64,000 nt of DNA from Verrucomicrobiales bacterium (GTDB lineage Bacteria; Verrucomicrobiota; Verrucomicrobiia; Verrucomicrobiales; V1-33): the NCBI GenBank assembly GCA_031411295.1, contig JANOAV010000021.1, positions 1 to 64,000 on the forward strand, given 5' to 3'. The notes beneath the pieces are model-generated. The model made no database searches, was not told where the DNA came from, and was given only the letters and a program-made list of their open reading frames with translations. Shown piece by piece: positions 20,688-30,678 of this stretch. The first letter of the stretch is position 1. Every line of letters begins with the position of its first letter. Made by a program: the position numbers and the translations under genes.

Positions 20688-22766
20688 ATGAAATGCCTCC
20701 TTTTACTAGTCACCACCTTGACGTTAGGAACCGCTGCCGCACAGCGTGTCGCCACCACGGACTCCCCCACCGAACTAATCACCTCAGCCGCCTTGGACAG
20801 CACCTCCATTGACGACGTTGCGGTGCTCGACCGTGCCACAGGAGTGCTGAGTATTGGCATTTGGAATGGTGCATCCATGACCTGGACGAGCACCAGCGCG
20901 GGCCTAAATGGAGCCGATTGGCTCACGGCTGCGAATGTGATCTCAGGCCCTGGAACCCCCATGACCTTGGTGGCCCTGAGTGCCGCGTGGCAGCAGGCGG
21001 AACTCTATACTCCATTTACCAACCAGCGGCACGTCATGGCCAACCTCGGAATCCAGCCCAGCGGCATCGCCTTTGTGAATGCCGCGGGGGATGTTCTGGC
21101 AGATCCAGTGGTTGCCTCCAGCAGTATCCTAACTAATGGGCCGGAGCTTACTCTCTTCATGAGCACCGGAGCCGGACAAACAAATTTTATGGCTGCCGCC
21201 AATCCTCTACCACCTGTCCTGCGCTATGGAAACCGGGTGCAAACGACGATCGGAGAAGCCGTCAGTTTCCTGTCAGACCATGCACTGCAAATCTGGCGTC
21301 CCAGTGGTCCGACGCTGTTCAAAGACGCAGAACTCAGCGGACTCAACCCGGCCTCGCGTGCTGCCGTTGGGCGCTTTGGCTTTGCGGGAGTGGAATCCTT
21401 CGTTATTTTCACGCTAGGTGCGACCAATTTTCAACATGTGATGCAGGAGGCAGGCGGTCAGTTCGGCACCCCGCAGAGTTGGTCCGCAGGTATTGCCCTT
21501 GGGCGACTTTTAGCAGTGAGTTCACCGGAATTTACCGCCAACGATTGGCTGCTGGCCATCAGTCAGGACGGCAGTGCCGCCCGGTTGTTCAATTTCACGC
21601 CTGCCAGCGGCCCCGTGCTGCGGCAAAGTTTTACGTCTCCAGCGGGCACCAGCTTCACGACTGCCATCCCGCAAGGCAACGGGCATTTCCTGCTGCTCAA
21701 TGGAACGGGCGGGACCACCAGCGGTTGGCAGCGGGCCACCTTCAATGGCACCAGCCACAGCCTTTCCGCCAATGCGCTTCTGCCAGCAGTGCGTCGTTCT
21801 GCCAGTGCGGCCACGCTGTTTCTTTTCAACGCGGAACCCTGGGCCACGCCTGGAGCACAGTTAGTGGCGGTGCAGGATTACGGTGACTGGACCAGTGCCG
21901 CTTCGCTTACCAATGTCAATTACCTCACCGATAGCGGCGTGCCCGCCGGACTGGGTAATCCCGCTTCCACCCCCTTCACTTTCGGCGGAGCCGGGAGTTT
22001 CCTCCAGCCCAACCAAGCCCGCAGCGATGTCTCGCTCGCCATGCTGGGGGCGGATCGGTCCGCGCCACGTCCGGAAATAGTGCTGTCCCCGCCGCCTGGA
22101 TCCTACCCGCCACCTTCCGCCACCGTCAACGGTGTGACGATCCCGATCCCACGCTCCATTTCCCTAACTAGTCTGCGCCCCGCCTCCGCCATCCAGTGGC
22201 GGCTCAATGCTGGTCCCTGGCAAACTTACGACGCGGAAAAGCCACCGCTGCTCACCACCAACAGCCTGCTGGAAGCATTCGCAGCCGACCCCACCGGCCG
22301 ACCCGCGGGTCCCGTGGCCAGCGGGACTTACAGCTTCGGCCCCCTGCCCACCCTGGCCACCCAGTCATTCACCGACACGGATGGCAATGGACTCTCCGAT
22401 GCCTGGGAAAAAACCTTCGCCCTCCACGATCCCAATGCCGACAAAGACGGAGACGGCTACACGAACCTTCAGGAACAAAACGGCGGCAGCGATCCCTGTG
22501 ATCCCCTCAGCATCCCAGGGCCACCCATCGACCCCGGCAGCCCGATTCTCACCATCGCATCAGTCAATGGTAACAACGCCACCCTGCTCCTGACAGGCAA
22601 GCCCGGCATTAACCATCGCATCCAGAAATCCGCCGATCTCGCCCTCCCCAACAGTTGGACCACCTACGGCCCAGACGTCATCCTCCCTGCTAACGGCCAG
22701 CATGAGTTCCTAATCATCATCACTCCAGGAGCACGGGAATTTTATCGTGCGGTGGCCAATCCCTGA
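20688..22766 (+). CDS. Secreted protein: FG-GAP-like propeller, Fn3-associated domain, Asp-rich Ca-binding repeat and verrucomicrobial C-terminal domain
   Basis: Signal peptide; SAALDSTSIDDVAVLD and FVNAAGDVLADPVV repeats; PEIVLSPPPGSY; DTDGNGLSDAWE..DKDGDGYTNLQE; C-terminal ..HRIQKSADL..W..AREFYRAV. Confidence 0.8.
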   Translation: MKCLLLLVTTLTLGTAAAQRVATTDSPTELITSAALDSTSIDDVAVLDRATGVLSIGIWNGASMTWTSTSAGLNGADWLTAANVISGPGTPMTLVALSAAWQQAELYTPFTNQRHVMANLGIQPSGIAFVNAAGDVLADPVVASSSILTNGPELTLFMSTGAGQTNFMAAANPLPPVLRYGNRVQTTIGEAVSFLSDHALQIWRPSGPTLFKDAELSGLNPASRAAVGRFGFAGVESFVIFTLGATNFQHVMQEAGGQFGTPQSWSAGIALGRLLAVSSPEFTANDWLLAISQDGSAARLFNFTPASGPVLRQSFTSPAGTSFTTAIPQGNGHFLLLNGTGGTTSGWQRATFNGTSHSLSANALLPAVRRSASAATLFLFNAEPWATPGAQLVAVQDYGDWTSAASLTNVNYLTDSGVPAGLGNPASTPFTFGGAGSFLQPNQARSDVSLAMLGADRSAPRPEIVLSPPPGSYPPPSATVNGVTIPIPRSISLTSLRPASAIQWRLNAGPWQTYDAEKPPLLTTNSLLEAFAADPTGRPAGPVASGTYSFGPLPTLATQSFTDTDGNGLSDAWEKTFALHDPNADKDGDGYTNLQEQNGGSDPCDPLSIPGPPIDPGSPILTIASVNGNNATLLLTGKPGINHRIQKSADLALPNSWTTYGPDVILPANGQHEFLIIITPGAREFYRAVANP

Positions 22767-22805
22767 GGCCGGGAAATGAACGGTCCCAGCAAATCGCACG
22801 ACGTG

Positions 22806-24989
22806 CTATGGTTGCTTCCAGATGGATTTCAGGCGGAAGATTTTCAGCGAACGAATGGTGCCCTCGCTGGCGCTGAGCTTGGTTTCCTTGGAATCAAAAT
22901 TGCTATTCGCGCGCTTGCGGACCTCATAGGAAAGTCCGTCCTCGGCATACACTTCGTTAAACGTGCTGTCCGTGAGGACGCGGACGCTGCTACCATCGAA
23001 ACTGGCATCCATGCCATTGATCGTGAGTTGGCGCGGCCCGGCTTCGGTGAATTCCAATAGCGTCTCGCTCAGTTCATCCTGACATTTCTGGAGCAGCGCA
23101 TTGGCCTGCTCGATTGTTAGGTCCTTGCCTTCCGCGAGGACATCACCCCGCAGTCGTTCCAGTTCCTTCACGGGCGAGAAGAAGACACGCAGACCGGATG
23201 GAGTTTCGCGCAGCGTCATTTCATGCGGCAGGGTGAAGGCTTGGTTGACGATCTGGCCGGGAAATTTGTTTTCGAAGCTGTCGGTGCGCACCCAGCCGAT
23301 TTGAATGCGACGTCCATCCGGCACGTCACTGAAGGTCTGGGCGGCATAGAGCGCCCCGTGAGTGGTGCCCAGCGGGCCGGCTTCTTGGTGGAAAATTTTG
23401 CCATCGAACTGGCCGACGAAATAGCGATTCTGGGCGGCCATGATGATCCAGCGAGACTCGCCAGATTTGCCTTGGATGGGAAGCTCAAAGAGTTCCGGAC
23501 ATTCAAAGACCGCGCCACGATCCGCAGCCGTGAAGGCTCCGGTGCGAGTCCACTGACGCAGGTTCTTCGATTCATAGAACGCCAGGTTGCGACTGGCATG
23601 GGCCTTGTCATCGCGCGGCGGAATGGCGTCGGTTTCTGCGCAGGCAGTTTCGTCATACACCACCATAATCCATTTCTGTTCTGGCTGATACCAAATGACT
23701 TTGGGGTCGCGTCCCTGATGTTTCACCACCGGGTTTTCGGGCAACTCCGTAAATGTTAGACCACCGTCCTTGCTATAGGCCAGACATTCGCCCCGGCCCG
23801 TGCTGGTGAACGCCAGAAACTGCGTGTTCTTCCCCAGTCCTGCAGTGTTGGGAACATCCACGAATCCCCCACCAGAAAAGGCCGCATCGCGCACGGTCTT
23901 TTGGAAAAGCGCAATGGGTTGTTCCTGCCAATGCACGAGGTCCGTGCTTTCCAAGTGGCCCCAGTGCATATTCCCCCACTGAATGCCGAAGGGATTGTAT
24001 TGATAGTAGAGGTGAAATTTTCCACCCGCAAACACCATGCCGTTAGGATCATTGTTCCAGCCCCGACGCGTGGAGGAGTGGAATTGGTTGCGGTAAGGTT
24101 GATCATAATCGGAAGCAGCTTGCGCCTCGGCGGCGGAGCCAATGCTGATTTGTTCGAAAGCCGCCCGATAGGTTTCCGGCAGGCGTTTGCCGTCCTCGGG
24201 CGCAACCTTGATTTGCTTTCCCTTCAAACCAAAATGCTCTAGCGGATAGGCCGCCAGCCAGGATGCGTCCTTTTCTTGCGGCAGGGTGATGGTGAAATTT
24301 TGCACCAACGTGTTGCCCTCGTAAATTCCCAACAAGAGCGCCTTGCCGCGCTTGGAATTACTCACCGGCACCAGCAGATGGGTGCCATTGACCGTGAGCG
24401 ATTTCTCCAACGCCACCAGTGAGGAAACGGCATTCGTGTCCGTCTGCAGGATGTGATCTACATTGAGATGACCCCATCCACCTTGGCGTTGGTCGACCAC
24501 TTGCAGCATCGCTTCCTTGCCTGCGAACTCGGTTACTTCCCAACTGGCCAACTCCAGCGTTTCCTCGCCTCCGGGCTTGGTGTTGTTGCCAGTGGCGGTG
24601 CGCACCACCTTGCCATCAATGATCAGGTTCAGACAGGTTTCGTTGGCGAAGCCGCCCCCCCCGATCAGGAACGTGATGAATTTACGCTCCAGCTTGAACG
24701 CAGGAGACGTGAGCTTTCCGGTGCCACCATCGCCCTCATGGAATGAGTTCACGAGCCCCTTGCCCAAGAACCCCGAAACATGCATCTGCCCTGGCAACGT
24801 GCCGTGCGCTGGCCCGCGGCCAAAGGCATTGCCCTCGACTTTCCAAGCCCCGTAGGTCTCTGATTCGAAATCCGCCACCACCTGATCCACTCCCTTGGGC
24901 GAGTCCGCCCGGACGCTCGCTGGCAACGCGAGTAAGAAACCTGCGCAGCAACGCAGGACAGTTCGATGGAGGAGGGTGGAATAATTCAT
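22806..24989 (-). CDS. Glycoside hydrolase family 32 (levanase/beta-fructofuranosidase-like), exported
   Basis: WNNDPNG (nucleophile), HWGH, FSG, RDPKV, FECPELF (acid/base), YAAQTF; signal peptide from ATG 24989; N-terminal accessory beta domain. Confidence 0.93.
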   Translation of the reverse strand: MNYSTLLHRTVLRCCAGFLLALPASVRADSPKGVDQVVADFESETYGAWKVEGNAFGRGPAHGTLPGQMHVSGFLGKGLVNSFHEGDGGTGKLTSPAFKLERKFITFLIGGGGFANETCLNLIIDGKVVRTATGNNTKPGGEETLELASWEVTEFAGKEAMLQVVDQRQGGWGHLNVDHILQTDTNAVSSLVALEKSLTVNGTHLLVPVSNSKRGKALLLGIYEGNTLVQNFTITLPQEKDASWLAAYPLEHFGLKGKQIKVAPEDGKRLPETYRAAFEQISIGSAAEAQAASDYDQPYRNQFHSSTRRGWNNDPNGMVFAGGKFHLYYQYNPFGIQWGNMHWGHLESTDLVHWQEQPIALFQKTVRDAAFSGGGFVDVPNTAGLGKNTQFLAFTSTGRGECLAYSKDGGLTFTELPENPVVKHQGRDPKVIWYQPEQKWIMVVYDETACAETDAIPPRDDKAHASRNLAFYESKNLRQWTRTGAFTAADRGAVFECPELFELPIQGKSGESRWIIMAAQNRYFVGQFDGKIFHQEAGPLGTTHGALYAAQTFSDVPDGRRIQIGWVRTDSFENKFPGQIVNQAFTLPHEMTLRETPSGLRVFFSPVKELERLRGDVLAEGKDLTIEQANALLQKCQDELSETLLEFTEAGPRQLTINGMDASFDGSSVRVLTDSTFNEVYAEDGLSYEVRKRANSNFDSKETKLSASEGTIRSLKIFRLKSIWKQP

Positions 24990-25271
24990 GGAGTTAATAG
25001 ATTGAGGCTGGACAGGCAGCAGAGTTCCTACACCCCAACCGCCGCCATCGCAAATGCCTGTCAGCAACCCCGACAACAACTTGTCATGACAGATATCCAA
25101 GCTGCTAACTGGGTGCAATGTGTCCCGTTACCGTTCACCACTTCAGGACACCATGGGACCGACTCCCAGCTTTGTCTCTTTCAGGAAAAGTCAGACTTGG
25201 GAAAAAGTTGATTTACCGATGGCGCAATCTGGGCCAGCGTTCGGGCTACTTTCCACCCCTTCCACTTAAGC

Positions 25272-26642
25272 ATGAAAATTTGTTGTCTCGGAGCCGGCTA
25301 TGTCGGCGGCCCAACCATGGCGATGATCGCCTCCAAATGTCCTGAAATCCAAGTTACTGTCTGCGACCTCAACGAGGCTCGCATCGCAGCTTGGAACTCC
25401 AACTCACTGCCCATTTATGAGCCCGGGTTGGAGGAAATTGTCACCCTGGCCCGCGGACGGAATCTTTTCTTCAGCACCAATGTCAACGAGGCGATTCGCG
25501 CAGCGGATATCATCTTCGTCTGCGTGGGCACCCCCACAAAAACCTACGGTGCGGGAGCCGGTCGGGCGGCGGATCTGCGTTTCATCGAGCTGGCAGCCCG
25601 CACCATTGCGGAACTCTCCGATGGTCCGAAAATCGTCGTCGAGAAATCCACCATTCCCGTCAAGACCGCAGAAGCGCTCAAGACCGTGCTGGCCGCCAAT
25701 TCCCCGAATGGGAAATTTCAGATCCTCTCCAATCCTGAGTTCCTCGCAGAAGGCACCGCCATGGCGGACTTGGAAAATCCGGACCGCATCCTCATCGGTG
25801 GCGAGACCACGCCAGATGGGCAAGCCGCCATGGAGACACTCGTGAGCATTTATGCCCGCTGGATCCCCGGGGAGCGCATTCTTACCACGAACCTTTGGTC
25901 GTCAGAGCTTTCCAAGCTTGTCGCCAACGCCTTCCTCGCTCAGCGCATCTCCTCCATCAATGCCGTCTCCGCATTGTGCGAGCGCACCGGAGCGGACATT
26001 GATGAAGTCGCCCGCGCTATCGGCACCGACTCGCGCATCGGACCTAAATTTCTCAAGGCTTCCGTTGGTTTCGGTGGATCCTGTTTCCAAAAGGATGTCC
26101 TCAACCTAACTTACCTCTGCGAACATTTCGGCCTGCCAGAAGTAGCCGCCTACTGGGACCAAGTCATCAAAATGAATGACTGGCAGAAGACCCGCTTCGC
26201 CCGTCACATCGTGGCCACACTATTCAACACGGTGTCCGGCAAGAAGATCGCAGTCTATGGCTTTGCCTTTAAAAAGGACACCAACGACACCCGTGAATCT
26301 GCGGCCATCTATGTGGTGCGGGATTTGCTCATGGAACAAGCCAACGTCGTCGTGCATGATCCGCAAGTTCCCCTCAGCAAAATTCGCGAGGAGTTGGCTT
26401 ACCTTGGCGTTCCCACGGAAACGCTCGATCGTCAGCTAACCTTCAGCGCGGACGCCATCACCGCAGCCGATAAAGCCCACGGGATCGCCATCCTCACCGA
26501 ATGGGACCAGTTCCGCCACCTCGACTGGCCCAAGATTCACGACCATATGTTCAAGCCTGCGTTCCTCTTCGATGGTCGCAACGTGCTAGATCACGCGACT
26601 CTTCGCTCGCTCGGGTTTAATGTTTACGCCGTCGGAAAATAG
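25272..26642 (+). CDS. ugd: UDP-glucose 6-dehydrogenase
   Basis: [47 protein letters not shown] (catalytic Cys), [18 protein letters not shown]. Confidence 0.96.
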   Translation: MKICCLGAGYVGGPTMAMIASKCPEIQVTVCDLNEARIAAWNSNSLPIYEPGLEEIVTLARGRNLFFSTNVNEAIRAADIIFVCVGTPTKTYGAGAGRAADLRFIELAARTIAELSDGPKIVVEKSTIPVKTAEALKTVLAANSPNGKFQILSNPEFLAEGTAMADLENPDRILIGGETTPDGQAAMETLVSIYARWIPGERILTTNLWSSELSKLVANAFLAQRISSINAVSALCERTGADIDEVARAIGTDSRIGPKFLKASVGFGGSCFQKDVLNLTYLCEHFGLPEVAAYWDQVIKMNDWQKTRFARHIVATLFNTVSGKKIAVYGFAFKKDTNDTRESAAIYVVRDLLMEQANVVVHDPQVPLSKIREELAYLGVPTETLDRQLTFSADAITAADKAHGIAILTEWDQFRHLDWPKIHDHMFKPAFLFDGRNVLDHATLRSLGFNVYAVGK

Positions 26643-26684
26643 CGCGCGGCCCCTTCCGAAAGCGCATTCATCCATTCACCAGAG

Positions 26685-28979
26685 ATGCCGCTCTTCTCAA
26701 AACAACTCCGCCTCTCCTGCGCTATTGCAGTGCTCGTAGCGGCCACTGTGGGCTTGGCGGCGGCCGCCCCAGTGAATGTCATCTTCGACACCGATATGGG
26801 TGGTGACTGCGATGACGTGGGGGCTCTGTTCATGTTGCATGGAGCTGTGGAACGGGGGGAAGCCAAGCTCCTGGCCACTATGGGCTGCATTTCTACGCAG
26901 GCCATCGCTCCGTGCTTGGATGCCATCAACACTTGGTTTGGAAGGCCGGAGATCCCCGTCGGCACCTTGAAGGATCCTGGGTTGCTTGATGCCCCTGGTT
27001 ACCCTGAGGAAATTGTGAAAAGCTTCCCGCATCGATTTCCTAACAGCGCGGACTACCCCGACGCGCTCACGGTGTATCGCCAAGTGCTAACTGCCCAGGC
27101 GGACGGCAGCGTCGTCATCGTGGCCATCGGACCGCTGCGGAACATGGCAAATTTGCTAAAATCCGACCGCGCGTTGATCGCGCAGAAAGTGAAATTGCTC
27201 CACGTCATGGGCGGCCACTATCCGCCGGAAGCTAATCGCAAAGAAGCAGAGTATAATTTTATGAAGGACGCCACCTCGGCAGCCTTGGTGAGCGCTCAGT
27301 GGCCCACGCCAATCTTGTTTAATGGAGAAGGCGGCTCCACCAACTCTGGTCGTCGGGTCACTTACGAAATGCCAGAGCACAACCCACTAACCATGGCTTA
27401 TGCCGCCTATCCCGGCGTTGGTTTCGCAGGGGATCGGCTCAGTTGGGATCCGGTTTCCTGTCTGGTGGCGGTGCGGGGCGCGGCACCATGGTATGAGGTT
27501 GTGAGCAGCGGCAGAAACGTCGTGGATGCTGGCACCGGATGCAATACCTGGGCTGCCGGTGGACCGCAGGGACATTCGTATTTAGTGCTGAAAAAGGGCG
27601 CCAAAGCAACGGTCGAGACTGCCCTGGAAGACTTGATGGTGGCGGGCCGCGGCCGACCAGCTCAGCTCAATTTCAACACTGCCTATTACGCTCAGGCTGG
27701 CCTCTGCCAAATCACCGCGAGTGGCGCAGCAGAGGCGAGCCTAGTTGCCATCAACGCGTTCGACCACGAAGAAAAATCCGTTTGGCTGGACCGCGCTTCG
27801 TCCAGTTGGATTCAATGTCAGTATGCCGATGGCCGGAAGTCGCGCGTGACTTCGTATGCGTTAGTCTGCCCAGACCAAGCCTGCCTGCCACGCTCCTTGG
27901 AGTTGCTCGGTTCCAATGACGACGCTCACACCTGGAAGCGACTGGACTTGCAGGAAACGCCCGCGTTTAGCCAGCAGGACAAACGACGCGAGTTCTCGAT
28001 TACCCAGTCGGAGAAATTTAATCTTTACCGACTTCGCATCACTGCGGCGGATGACAAAGCCGGCGTGAAGGTTGCCACGCTGGAGCTAAACGAAGCCATC
28101 CGCTGCCGCTCTGGAATTACGGTGACCAGCCTGCATTTAGACCAGTCTGAATTGCGTTTAACCGCTCATGGCCGCGCGACGCTCAACGCCAGCCTAACGC
28201 CGCTGACTACCTTCGAGCGCGCAGTCTCTTGGGAGAGCAGCGACCCCGCCGTGGCCGCCGTGGTGCGCATCGGTGAGCAGACTGCCATCGTCGCCAGCAA
28301 ACGTCCCGGCAACTGTATCATTACAGCCAAAGTTGGCAACGTGAAGCAAACCTGCGCAGTGACTGTAACTCCGACCTCGCTTCCTGCTGGGTGGAGTTTC
28401 CATGAACTCAGAGCCCCACCGATTCCGGGCTCTGTGTCCGTGGTGGATGGTCGTTTCACCCTAACCGGCTGCGGACATGCCATGACCGGATTTTGGGAGC
28501 GGACCACAGATCAGGGTGCCTATGTTAGCCAAGCCGTCCCGGGCGATGTCACCATTTCCGCCCGCCTCACCAGTCTGGCTCCTAACGTCGGCGGCCCCGC
28601 TTACAAATGGGACTCGCGCCCCGCCACTGCAGCGGGTCTGATGCTGCGCGAATCACTCACCGAAGGTTGCGGCCGCTATGCCCTGATCCAGGTCGAAGCC
28701 ACCGGCAAACTCATGTTTCGCTGGCGGGATAAAATCGGCCCGGACGAGAGCCACGCCAAAGATCTTGGCCCAGCCACCTTGCCCCTGCAGCTGAAACTAA
28801 TGCGGCGGGGTCAGGAAATTCAAGTCTTCCGTTCCACCGATGGCCAGCATTGGGGGGAGCCACTGGTGACCCACCCCACCGCGTTCTCTGGTCCAGGCCG
28901 ACTCGGGCTGTTCACCTGCTCCGGCAACACCTTTGCGTCCACTACTGCTGGTTTTGAATCCGTGGATGTGACTCCGTGA
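26685..28979 (+). CDS. Secreted inosine/uridine-preferring nucleoside hydrolase-family protein with discoidin-like, Ig-like (Big_2) and jelly-roll domains
   Basis: Signal peptide; IFDTDMGGDCDDVGAL (DxDxxxDD), VAIGPLRN, EYNF, SWDP; then NAFDH..W..LLGSND..W; VSWESSDPAVAAV; AGLMLRESL..LKLMRRG..FRSTDGQHW. Confidence 0.85.
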   Translation: MPLFSKQLRLSCAIAVLVAATVGLAAAAPVNVIFDTDMGGDCDDVGALFMLHGAVERGEAKLLATMGCISTQAIAPCLDAINTWFGRPEIPVGTLKDPGLLDAPGYPEEIVKSFPHRFPNSADYPDALTVYRQVLTAQADGSVVIVAIGPLRNMANLLKSDRALIAQKVKLLHVMGGHYPPEANRKEAEYNFMKDATSAALVSAQWPTPILFNGEGGSTNSGRRVTYEMPEHNPLTMAYAAYPGVGFAGDRLSWDPVSCLVAVRGAAPWYEVVSSGRNVVDAGTGCNTWAAGGPQGHSYLVLKKGAKATVETALEDLMVAGRGRPAQLNFNTAYYAQAGLCQITASGAAEASLVAINAFDHEEKSVWLDRASSSWIQCQYADGRKSRVTSYALVCPDQACLPRSLELLGSNDDAHTWKRLDLQETPAFSQQDKRREFSITQSEKFNLYRLRITAADDKAGVKVATLELNEAIRCRSGITVTSLHLDQSELRLTAHGRATLNASLTPLTTFERAVSWESSDPAVAAVVRIGEQTAIVASKRPGNCIITAKVGNVKQTCAVTVTPTSLPAGWSFHELRAPPIPGSVSVVDGRFTLTGCGHAMTGFWERTTDQGAYVSQAVPGDVTISARLTSLAPNVGGPAYKWDSRPATAAGLMLRESLTEGCGRYALIQVEATGKLMFRWRDKIGPDESHAKDLGPATLPLQLKLMRRGQEIQVFRSTDGQHWGEPLVTHPTAFSGPGRLGLFTCSGNTFASTTAGFESVDVTP

Positions 28980-29049
28980 AGTCCCCCCGTCATCATCGGG
29001 AACATTTAGCTGCTTGCCATCCCGTTAGCTTTGCACTATCCCGGACAGC

Positions 29050-30600
29050 ATGAGAGGTGAATTTACGCGCGTCTATTCCGCCGCCCTGCAAGGAGTGGAG
29101 GCCTATGAGGTCGAAATCGAAGTCAACGAAGGAGCCGGGGAACTCGGTGTCATCATCGTGGGCCTACCGGATGCTGCTGTGCGGGAAAGCCGGGACCGCG
29201 TTTCCACGGCCATTGGCAACAGTGGCTTCAAAGGCTTGCAGGGCAAATGCACCGTCAATCTAGCGCCCGCAGATCTCAAGAAAGAAGGCCCCAGCTTCGA
29301 TCTACCCATTGCCGTCGGCATGTTAGCGAATCGCGCGGAGGGGATGGATCGAAGGAAATTTGAAGAATTCTGCATCGTCGGAGAACTGGCGCTGAATGGA
29401 GGCCTTCGTCCCGTGAAAGGCATCCTCTCCATCGCCCAGGAAGCCCGGGCGAAAGGCCGCAAGGGACTCATCGTGCCGCAGGAAAACGCCGTGGAAGCCA
29501 GTGTGGTGGCCGGAATCAAAGTCTATGGTGTTTCCAGCTTGCGCGAGGCCTTCGAACTCGCAGCCGGAAATATTTCCATCTTCCCACAGCCGCATCGCAC
29601 CATGGAAGACTTTGCGGGCCAGCAAACTTACGACATCGATTTCAACGATGTGAAAGGCCAGTCCACCGTCAAACGCGCGGCGGAAGTAGCCGTGGCCGGC
29701 GGCCATAACATGCTCTTCGTGGGCCCACCTGGCACCGGGAAGAGTATGATTGCCAAACGCATTGCCACCATCATGCCCACCATGACGGAGGCGGAAGCGG
29801 TGGAAGTGACCAAGATCCACAGCATCTGCGGTCTGCTCAACAGCCGGGATTCCTTCGTCACCACCCGCCCATTCCGCTCGCCCCACCACACCATTTCCGA
29901 TGCCGGCCTGTTAGGCGGCGGCAGCAATCCCATGCCGGGCGAAGTCAGTCTCGCCCATTACGGCATCCTCTTCCTCGACGAACTACCCGAGTTCCGCCGC
30001 TCCACCCTGGAAGTGATGCGCCAACCGCTCGAAGACGGCAAAGTCACCATTTCCCGCGCCATGGGCACCATGACCTTCCCCGCCCGCTTCATGCTCGTAG
30101 CCGCCATGAACCCCTGTCCTTGTGGCTACTATGGCGACATGAAACGCGAGTGTCGTTGCAATCCCATCACCATCCAGCGCTACCGTTCCCGCATCTCCGG
30201 CCCGTTGTTAGACCGCATTGATCTTCACGTGGAAGTGCCGTTAGTGGAATTTCGTGATTTATCCAAAGCCGACGGCGGTGAAACCTCTGCCACCATTCGC
30301 GAGCGCGTGGAAACCGCCCGCGCCATACAAGTAGCGCGCTTCAAAGGCCAAAAGAACGTCACCAGCAACAGCGCCATGACGCCCCGGCTGATGAAACAAC
30401 ACTGCCAAATCACCGCGGAAAGCCAAGCCATCCTCGAGCGCTCGATGGATGAACTCAACTTCAGCGCGCGGGCGCATGACCGCATCCTCAAGGTGGCGCG
30501 AACGCTGGCCGACTTGGATGGCAAGGAAAGCATTGAGGAAATTCACCTGCTGGAGTCCATCAACTACCGCACGCTGGACCGTGGGATGCTGGGAAAATAG
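29050..30600 (+). CDS. comM: ComM/YifB Mg-chelatase-like AAA+ ATPase, intact
   Basis: VGLPDAAVRESRDRV, VNLAPADLKKEGPSFDLPIA, GELALNG, Walker A GPPGTGKS, PFRSPHHT, Walker B LFLDELPEF, AAMNPCPCGY, SGPLLDRID, SARAHDRILKVARTLADL. Confidence 0.96.
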   Translation: MRGEFTRVYSAALQGVEAYEVEIEVNEGAGELGVIIVGLPDAAVRESRDRVSTAIGNSGFKGLQGKCTVNLAPADLKKEGPSFDLPIAVGMLANRAEGMDRRKFEEFCIVGELALNGGLRPVKGILSIAQEARAKGRKGLIVPQENAVEASVVAGIKVYGVSSLREAFELAAGNISIFPQPHRTMEDFAGQQTYDIDFNDVKGQSTVKRAAEVAVAGGHNMLFVGPPGTGKSMIAKRIATIMPTMTEAEAVEVTKIHSICGLLNSRDSFVTTRPFRSPHHTISDAGLLGGGSNPMPGEVSLAHYGILFLDELPEFRRSTLEVMRQPLEDGKVTISRAMGTMTFPARFMLVAAMNPCPCGYYGDMKRECRCNPITIQRYRSRISGPLLDRIDLHVEVPLVEFRDLSKADGGETSATIRERVETARAIQVARFKGQKNVTSNSAMTPRLMKQHCQITAESQAILERSMDELNFSARAHDRILKVARTLADLDGKESIEEIHLLESINYRTLDRGMLGK

Positions 30601-30606
30601 CAACTC
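30108..30606 (+). repeat. Left copy of the 499-bp direct repeat (3' end of comM plus 6 nt)
   Basis: Aligns without gaps to 46982-47480 (offset 16,874); about 31 mismatches by manual count. Confidence 0.95.
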
Positions 30607-30678
30607 TTGGCTCTGCCTAGCGAAATTCAGAAGATCCAGTTATCACCCACCAGAACGTGGGCCCCAGCGGGGCGACCG

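Noticed and set aside
25272..26642. Eukaryote-like sequence of UDP-glucose dehydrogenase as a gene-transfer signal
   Set aside because: This subtype is already known in several bacterial phyla.
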